A DNA stretch of 64,000 nucleotides from Eledone cirrhosa (Eukaryota): the NCBI GenBank assembly GCA_964016885.1, contig OZ024747.1, forward strand, positions 78,430,001 to 78,494,000, given 5' to 3'. Of the stretch, positions 55,021 to 64,000 are shown in pieces (the first letter of the stretch is position 1; every line of letters starts with the position of its first letter). The position numbers and the translations under genes are program-made. The notes below the pieces were generated by a model that ran no database searches, was not told where the DNA came from, and saw nothing but the letters and a program-made list of their open reading frames with translations.

Positions 55021-55927
55021 AGACGTAAACTATGTGGAATGATGTATCACACTGATTCGACTTGAGAATGATGTATCACACTGATTAGACGTAAACTATG
55101 TGGAATGATGTATCACACTGATTCGACTTGAGAATGATGTATCACACTGATTAGACATAAACTATGTGGAATGATGTATCACACTGATTCGACTTGAGAA
55201 TGATGTATCACACTGATTCGACTTGAGAATGATGTATCACACTGATTAGACATAAACTATGTGGAATGATGTATCACACTGATTCGACTTGAGAATGATG
55301 TATCACACTGATTAGACATAAACTATGTGGAATGATGTATCACACTGATTCGACTTGAGAATGATGTATCACACTGATTAGACGTAAACTATGTGGAATG
55401 ATGTATCACACTGATTAGACGTAAACTATGTGGAATGATGTATCACACTGATTCGACTTGAGAATGATGTATCACACTGATTAGAGATAAACTATGTGGA
55501 ATGATGTATCATACTGATTCGACTTGAGAATGATGTATCACACTGATTAGACGTAAACTATGTGGAATGATGTATCACACTGATTCGACTTGAGAATGAT
55601 GTATCACACTGATTAGACATAAACTATGTGGAATGATGTATCACACTGATTCGACTTGAGAATGATGTATCACACTGATTAGACGTAAACTATGTGGAAT
55701 GATGTATCACACTGATTCGACTTGAGAATGATGTATCACACTGATTAGACATAAACTATGTGGAATGATGTATCACACTGATTCGACTTGAGAATGATGT
55801 ATCACACTGATTAGACGTAAACTATGTGGAATGATGTATCACACTGATTCGACTTGAGAATGATGTATCACACTGATTAGACGTAAACTATGTGGAATGA
55901 TGTATCACACTGATTCGACTTGAGAAT
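55021..55927. repeat. Composite minisatellite: constant 21-mer GAATGATGTATCACACTGATT with alternating 16-bp and 8-bp linkers
   Basis: Linker A is AGACRTAAACTATGTG and linker B is CGACTTGA. The order is mostly ABAB (66-bp period) with one BB and one AA. Confidence 0.95.
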
Positions 55928-56773
55928 TTCGTTAGCTTTGCCTTTCATACTTATGGAGGCAATAAAATAAAGTACCAGTAATGCACTGAGATCGAATTAA
56001 TTCATTTTCCCCTTTCCCAAGTTCTTGGTCTTGTGTCTGAATCATTACTTTTACACAGAAATGTCTTTTAAATATTGATCTATGATAAATAGATAAAGGA
56101 TTTATAGAACTAGTAAAAAGTGAATTAGTAAGTCCTTTAGAAAATATACTTACCTTAAGAAAGAATAGAAAACCAATTATAACTGATGATGAAAGCTAAA
56201 ATGGTTAGAATGGTGTATAGAACCACCCAGCAGAGATTCAATGTACAAGTTTCATACATATTAAGACTGAATAAACCAACAACAAAGCAACATATGACCT
56301 TTGCATTGATCGAACTGAGTTTTTCCTATGGTAAACATACTTGAATGTGTGTGTTAGCATTGTCACAAACGTACATTTACGTGAGCACACACACTCTCTT
56401 TCTTTCTTTCCCCACTCTCCCCCTCCACTCTCTTCCACTCCTCTCCATTCAACCCCTCTCACCCCTCCCCACTCTATCCTCCTCCACCGTCTCTCACCCC
56501 TCCCCACTCTATCCCCCTCCACTCTCTCTCACTCCCCCCACTCTATCTCCTCCACCCTCTCACTCCCGCCACTCTATCTCCTCCACACTCTCACTCCCTC
56601 CACTCTATCCCTCCTATATATATATATATCCACATGTGTGACATTAAGATGGTTTCTCAGTCAGATATGGCTGTGTCAGGTAAGACGTGGTTCCCAGTTC
56701 CTGGTAAACTCTTGACTAATGTTCCTATCTCTTGCGTGTTTCATTCTGTACCTCTTCAGTGATCATTACATAC

Positions 56774-56812
<39 letters not shown>

Positions 56813-56967
56813 TGAGTGTGAGTGAAAGACAGAGAAAGAGAGGGTGGGAGAGAGAGACAGAGAGTCAAATACAGGGAGAGAGAGACAGAGAGAGAGAGAA
56901 CGGGAGAGAGAGTGAGATAGATAGATAGAGAGATAGGTAGAGAGAGAGGGGGAATAGAGTCAAAGAC

Positions 56968-57012
<45 letters not shown>

Positions 57013-57473
57013 AAAAACAGAGATAGATAGAGAGAGAGAAGTTATGTATATATATAGAATGAGAGTTGTAGTCTGTGTGTGTTTATGATGTTCTGTTTAA
57101 TGTAAGGTTATGTGCGTGTCATGATATCTTATGAGAAGGTTAGACAAACGTTTGTGATTGCTTGACAACAACCCGTGTCTTTGCATGTAATTGTGAGTAT
57201 GTGTGTGTGTGTGAGTAAGTGTGTGTGTGTGCGTGTGCGTGTGTCTGTATGTATGTGAGTGTATGTGCGTGTGTGTGAGTGTGTGTATATGTCTGTGTGT
57301 GTATCTGTGTGGTGTGAATGTGTGTGTGTGTGTGTGGTATGTGTGTCGTATATGTGTGTGGTATATGTGTGTGTGTATGTGCAATCAGGACTATACGTGT
57401 TGTAAGTGAAAGAAGACATTGTTTTCTAAAAACGAACTTCAATTATATTGATCAATGGGAAGCGCGTGCCATT

Positions 57474-57571
<98 letters not shown>

Positions 57572-57693
57572 TATATATATAATTTGTGTGTGTGTGTGTG
57601 TTTGTAGATATATATATATATATATTTGTGTGTGTGTTTGTAGATGTATATATATATATATATACATCTACAAACACACACACACGCACACAC

Positions 57694-57727
<34 letters not shown>

Positions 57728-59970
57728 ACAGGCACACACATAGAGCTACAAGAACCGATCTATGTAGATATTATATATTTCTATATTCGTGTATTAGTTG
57801 GTGGCTCCATCTATAGGCAACTGTTTGATATTTAAAAGATTCAATAGATTATGGCAAAGAATAGCCAATTAGACGTGTCTCGTGTTGCCACAAAACAGGT
57901 TCGATTCCCACTTGCGTGTACGGTTTGGATTTAGTTGAAGATTTCACAAAGAATTGGATTGACACCGCAATGGAGAATTATGTTCATCTTTCCATCTTAC
58001 CTATCTATACACGTGTATGTATGTATGTATGTATGTATGTATGTATGTATGTATGTATGCGTATGTATGTATGTATGTATGTATGTATGTATGTATGTAC
58101 ATACATAAGTACGTACGTACTTATGTATGTATGTATGATGTATGTATGTATGTATGTATGTATGTATGTATGTATGTATGCATGTATGCATGTATGTATG
58201 TATATATGTATATATGTATGTACGTATGCACGCACATACACATAGTTTGGTGGTGAGTACATTCTTGGGTAGTGTGTTATTTTAGGCAAATTGTCGTTTA
58301 CCATAGCTTCAGATTGACACCATATTTATGAGTGAAATTAGACGGGAACTACGTGGAAGCCCCGTCGTACGGACTGCACCTGAAATTCAAAGGTCCGACG
58401 TTGTCACGTGTAAAATGATTTCATTACTTTATTTTATAGCCCCCCTCCTCACTCCAGGAAGAAGAGAAGACAAAGTTGATGTGGGGGGGGGGGGGGTCAA
58501 CTCAGAACAGAATTGTCTGTAACTAAGATAAATACGGCTGGGTTTTTGTCCGCCTTTATATAGTTACCTCCCAGCGTATTGTTCTGAGTTCAAATCCTGC
58601 CGAGATTAGCTTTGCCTTTCATCCTTAAGGGGTCGATAAAATAAAGTACCAGTAATGAACTGGGTCAATTTAATCCACTTTCTCCTTCCCCAAAATTGTT
58701 GGGTCGTGGGCCTAAATCAGAAACCCTTATTGTTGTTGAAGCTGTTGCTCTTCTTCTTGTTGTTGTTGTTGTTATAGCAGTCAAGTCACAGATACATGCA
58801 TTAATACACTGACAGACACAGGCTCGCGCATACACACACATGCTCACACAGACACATACATATACACATACACACACACACACACACACACCCTCACAGA
58901 CAGACACACACATACACACACACACCCTCACAGACAGACACACACATACACACAGACACACACACACAAACACCCTCACATACACCCTCTCAGACAGACA
59001 CACTCATACACACAGACACACACATACACACACACACCCTCACACAGACACACAAACATACACACACACACAGGAGCACAAATCCTGTATCTCAGCGGAC
59101 ATCGTCTCAACAACTCCCCAACCTCCCCACACCTTAGTCCCCCCCCCAACAACTCCCCAACCTCCCCACACCTTAATCCCCCCCCCCAACAACAACTCCC
59201 CAACCTCCCCACACCTTAGTTTCACTACCCCCCTCCCGGAACAATAAACTTCCCTAACACCTTCACCAACATGTCGTATCAATGTTCAGTACTGCTCCTG
59301 GTGTTGTGTATTTTAATCTTTGTCACCTGATATTTCCAGCTTCCTGTTCTCCCGCCACTACCCCCCCCCCCCGGCGTTTCTTACCGGATTATGTGTTGTC
59401 TTCTGTCCAACAGTTTCAGATCTTCTAAAATCAAAACACAAACTTCCGGCTAACACTTTCAGTGTAATCACGTGTGTAGGATTATATGACCCTGTATGTC
59501 TTTATATGACCCTGTATGTCTCTCTCTATGTGTGTGTGTGCTTATGTGTGTTTGTTTATGTTAGTGTGAGTGTATGTATGTGCGTGTTTTATAAGACGGG
59601 GTGTGCGTGTGAATATGAATATGTGTGTATGCATGTGTGTGCGTGTGAATTTGTGAGCGTGTGTATGTGTGTGTGATGTATCAGAAAATATCTAAAGATA
59701 GGCTTGTTAGTTCAAATGTCTATAGAATTTTTACTAGTGAACAGATCATTATGAAAATCCATCCTGATTTATATATTTCCTCTCTTTACGTTGCTTCACC
59801 CTTTGTGTCTGTTTACATGTCCCCCCCCCCCTTTTATCACAATAACTTATTTTAGTTATTGTTCGCCCTAGGCTGAGGTATATTGTCTCTAACGCGAAGA
59901 AATACTTATGATTCCTAACAGACAACTGACAATGAATATTCTCCTCTTTCGCCCGTAACTTTTATTTTTC

Positions 59971-60017
<47 letters not shown>

Positions 60018-60019
<2 letters not shown>

Positions 60020-60196
60020 GGTGTTGGATGCTTAAATCGTCCGTATGCAGTAGGCCGTATGAGCACTCGATCCTTCATAGAGCAGAGTAAGATATCACAG
60101 AAAAAAGAGAATCAGTGTTGCGACGAAAGGAATTTATTGTAATAAGTCCAATAAATTCCTTTCGTCGCAACACTGATTCTCTTTTTTCTGTGATAT
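60018..60196. mobile_element. Fold-back terminal fragment related to the 13565-13780 element
   Basis: Perfect 48-bp arms 60092-60139 and 60149-60196. Shares GAATCAGTGTTGC and GAGCACTCGAT with 13579-13591 and 13721-13731. Flanked by (TA)n. Confidence 0.6.
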
Positions 60197-60207
60197 ATAT
60201 ATATATA

Positions 60208-60510
60208 TACAAGCAGAGGTACCCGGCGTTGCTCGGGTATTAAATAGCAGTTGTGTATAACATTTATGTCAATACTTCAGTGCTGCTTCGAAAACTATAC
60301 TTTTACAAAATCATTTTTCCAAAAGAGGGTTCCTGCCCCCAGGGGTCCCCTACTCAATATGTGCCAATTCTGAGAGTTCACATTCATCTGTAGGACAAAC
60401 GTAGCCCATGTGTCAAGTTTTGTGAAAATCGGTTGCGAACTCCAGAACATAAGTAACCTATGTCTTAAGTTTGGTGAAAACACTATAGAAATGCATAAGG
60501 TTTATACATA
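60208..60510 (+). mobile_element. Probable non-autonomous Helitron/Helentron-like element
   Basis: Terminal hairpin ACCCGGCGTTGCTCGGGT and an AAGTTTTGTGAAAATCGG motif followed by a microsatellite. Similar motifs at 1560-1960 and 61110-61260. Confidence 0.4.
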
Positions 60511-60534
60511 CGCGCGCGTGCGTGCGTGCGTCCG

Positions 60535-60656
<122 letters not shown>

Positions 60657-61258
60657 TGGGTGTGTATGTATTTGTGTGTGCGTATGTATGTGTATGACCG
60701 TCGGGGCATACGTATGTACTGGCCTAAATCTTCACTATTTACTTTTACTATTTTAATAACCTCTGTCATTTTCGTTTTCAATTTTATTTACATCATTCTT
60801 AAACTCTGGGGCTGGAAATCATTCTGTTATGTTAAATAGAATATTAGTCTAACGACTCCATTTATACCATCAACTTGGTCTTGTATTTGCATGAAATTGT
60901 TCTTTGCGCTCCACATAACGGCGTATTATCCTCGCTTTTTTTTCCCGTTCATTGCCAGGGAACGTCTTCACGAACCAAAATATCGTCTTCCTGTTTTCGT
61001 TCGGTTGGAACGTTTCTCGAAATATTTACTTCTGCGTTCACAGATTACTCTCAGTTTAATTTGAATGGGAAATTCCTGTTTCATCGATTTTTTCTGTAAC
61101 CATGGAAGCTTCTACTCTAAAAGTTGACCCAACGCCTCCTCGGGTCATTCTGCATAACTGTGTAAATTTTCGCTGCATTCCACCAAGCCGTTTCGACGTT
61201 TATCCGACTAAACCTACTTACTTAAATATACAACGTCCGATCACTTCCAATTTATATA

Positions 61259-61341
<83 letters not shown>

Positions 61342-61349
61342 TATATATA

Positions 61350-61545
61350 TACAAACATATATATAATCATTAGAACATCTGACTGATAAAATGACAAGTC
61401 AGTCAATAATAGTGGTGGCCTCCCCACAGCACCGGCGGACAGAATGGAGAAGGCGTTTCCCCGGAGGGCGGCAAGGGAGACGCGCTGGCAGAGCCATTCC
61501 AGCTCGCGAGGCTCACATCTGCGGCTGGCTGTGATGTATCTATGG
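61350..61545 (-). pseudogene. CRE-like non-LTR retrotransposon 3' remnant
   Basis: GC-rich island translating as ELEWLCQRVSLAALRGNAFSIL, similar to the CRE C-terminal QRLSxAxQRGNA motif; followed by (TA)n. Confidence 0.65.
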
Positions 61546-63845
61546 ATGGATATGAAAACGTTAGTGTGTAGTATGTGTGTATCTATGTGCATAACTATAT
61601 ATATTAGAACAGAGGACCTTGTGTTTGTCTAAATAGGAATATCCGAGAGGTTAAGAAGTTTGCTTCCATCGGGAGTTACGAGTCCATACATAAAGAGAAA
61701 TGACTTTCAGAGAAAATTGCTTCAGAATCTTGGAAGCATTAGATACCCCTATAGAGATGTTCACGACTACTATACCATTGGTCTTATACCTACTTAATCA
61801 GAGTAGGCCTTCAACTCCTGGTGGAGCAGTAAGGGCATCGCCGAAACATATGGCGTTTCTTGGGTATTTTAAACTAAGTGAAGCCCATTCCTCTCCAGGT
61901 CTGAACATAGCCAATTTCTTCCAGAGAGAGAGAATTGACCCCAGTACTGGACTGGACTGGTATTTTATCAATCTTAAAAGGATGAAAGGCAAAGTTGACC
62001 TCAGTGGGATTTGAACTCAAAGTGCAGTAAGCCAGACTAAATATCAAGACATTTTTAATCCGACTTCCCAACGATTCAGCCAATTCGTCGTCTTAAACCA
62101 GAAGAGACTTGCAACTAAACAACAGCTAGAATAAACACTGTTCGCGTCTTTTTATCACACACCTCTTTTTCTATATTCCTAACCACACATACCTCCTTGA
62201 TGCTGATTCTTACCACGCTTAATTCCCACCGAACTTTCTGCACCCAGCCTTCCTCCACACACAATCATGACACTTCCTAATAAGTATACATACATTTTAC
62301 AATTGAGTTTTAACAATCTAGTTTTTAATTCAACAACACCAAGTCTAACAGTACAAGATATAATCAATAAAACATACTCCACCCTAACTACGCCTGAACA
62401 ATACAGAAGTAAAACCGCAACACTCCTCGCAATCGCTAGAATTTGATTTGTTTAATGTGTACACAGATTTATGTGACTTAACATGTATTTGAGTATAATC
62501 TTTTATGGTACCCTCACATTATAAAGGCTGGGTTTCCTTATTAAGGGCAAACAATCCTTCAGTTTTGATAGTCATAACCTTTCTACCTTAAAAAACGGCT
62601 TCTTCTTCTTCTTCTTCTTCTTCTTCTTCTTCTTCTTCTTCTTCTTCTTCTTCTTCTTCTTCTTCTTCTTCTTCTTCTTCTTCAGAGAGAGCTGTGAGTC
62701 AGAATCCTCGGAAAGAAATGATACGCCGGGATCTCCAAACGAGAACAACCGTGGTTAACGATTTTATTCAACCATCTCGCATGTGGTCTAATCTTTGGGT
62801 CCCCTGCCGGTTGGTTTTGCCCGTAAAATCTATCCTGCGATTCTTTCCATTGACATTCTAACCACATGTCTGTAGTTCGAGAGCTGAGATCTATCCATGC
62901 GGAGAAGTAGCAGCTTTACCTGGGCTATCTACACGAATGATTAAAACTAAATATATAAATAAACTTACTATTACTATCTCAATAATAGTCACATTTAAAA
63001 TAAATGTACATAGAAAAATTATACCGTAAAGCTTAGCAAAGGGTGATTCAACTGTCAAGTAAAAAAAAAAAAAAAAAAAAAAAAAGAAATTGCATTCGAC
63101 AGATACAAATACACTTCTAAAGGAGTGTTTGTTTCATCTTTGATAATCTACTTATAGTTCTCATAAATAACTACTTTTTTCGGTCAATATTCTGTGTACA
63201 AAATGTTTTTTTTATGCCTTTTAGATGGCATCACCATTCTTTTGTTTTGTCTAAGCCGTTCCTCTTTCAGAAGAAGGTGTAGTCTTTCACGTATAAGGTT
63301 TTCTAATCTGCGAAACGTCTCTTGGAGTGTGTCGATGTCCACTTGGAATCTCAACTGTCCGTTGTTAATCCTTGCTGTGTTTCATGTTTTACTGATCCCC
63401 CTAAAGTTATCTGATGTTTCTGCATCTTAGTTTCGATGCTGGCTTCTTCCTTTGTATTCTTGTTGTGCTCCGGGCAGAGTTTACCCTCTGCATTCCAGGC
63501 TACTTGTATTTCTAACCTCAACATAACCATGTGGAGTGAAAGGACTATGGCTGAACCGCACCTACATGGTTGCAACTGTTCAGTTTAAGGCTGGCGGTAG
63601 CTGTCCTGTGAGAAACAATGGCTTCTGTTAACCCTTTAGCATTTACATTACTCTATATATACTATTATATTTTCGCAGTAAACACTTTATGTTACATAAT
63701 TATATCACATAATATTGAATCTATGAGATTTTGATGCTACTTATTTTGAGAACAATATCTTACTTGTATAATAATTGTTTCAGTATGAGTGGCCAGTTAC
63801 GGCTGGTTACAACAGAAAGAGGTGAGAGACTCCTGGTCGGATATG

Positions 63846-64000
63846 TCGTCTGTCATATCAGTACGTTAGTGTCGTCTGCCATATCAGTACGTTAGTGTCG
63901 TCTGTCATATCAGTACGTTAGTGTCGTCTGCCATATCAGTACGTTAGTGTCGTCTGCCATATCAATACGTTAGTGTCGTCTGTCATATCAGTACGTTAGT
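63846..64000. repeat. 26-bp minisatellite GTCGTCTGYCATATCAGTACGTTAGT, running off the window end
   Basis: About 6 tandem units visible. Confidence 0.93.

Noticed and set aside
55021-55927. CRISPR-like array (constant repeat plus spacers)
   Set aside because: Only two short linker sequences recur, there are no unique spacers or cas genes, and the context is eukaryotic. The ATGATG...CTGA resemblance to C/D boxes is also too tightly spaced for a snoRNA.

Overview
AT-rich, microsatellite-saturated eukaryotic (animal) DNA. The repeat landscape (tRNA-type SINEs, long (TA)n/(CA)n/(GA)n tracts) suggests a mollusc such as an octopus; this is an inference. No host protein-coding gene can be called with confidence, and most ORFs in the track are translations of simple repeats. 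The main feature is a head-to-tail array of about 3.3 essentially identical 4,010-4,011-bp units (21189-34440, minus strand) of an intact Penelope-like retroelement (RT + GIY-YIG, Naiad-like), inserted in a (TA)n tract. Each unit carries one minimal type I hammerhead ribozyme, so cleavage sites recur at exactly unit spacing. At least four further families of short hammerhead-bearing, often fold-back, termini sit in other (TA)n tracts, and independent insertions end at homologous positions just downstream of the ribozyme. Together this suggests a ribozyme-processed, possibly circular-RNA, microsatellite-primed retrotransposition system (hypothesis). The window also holds fragments of R4/Dong-, Tx1/L1-, CRE- and RTE-like LINEs, a decayed mariner, MITEs, many SINEs and five minisatellites, several apparently born inside SINEs.
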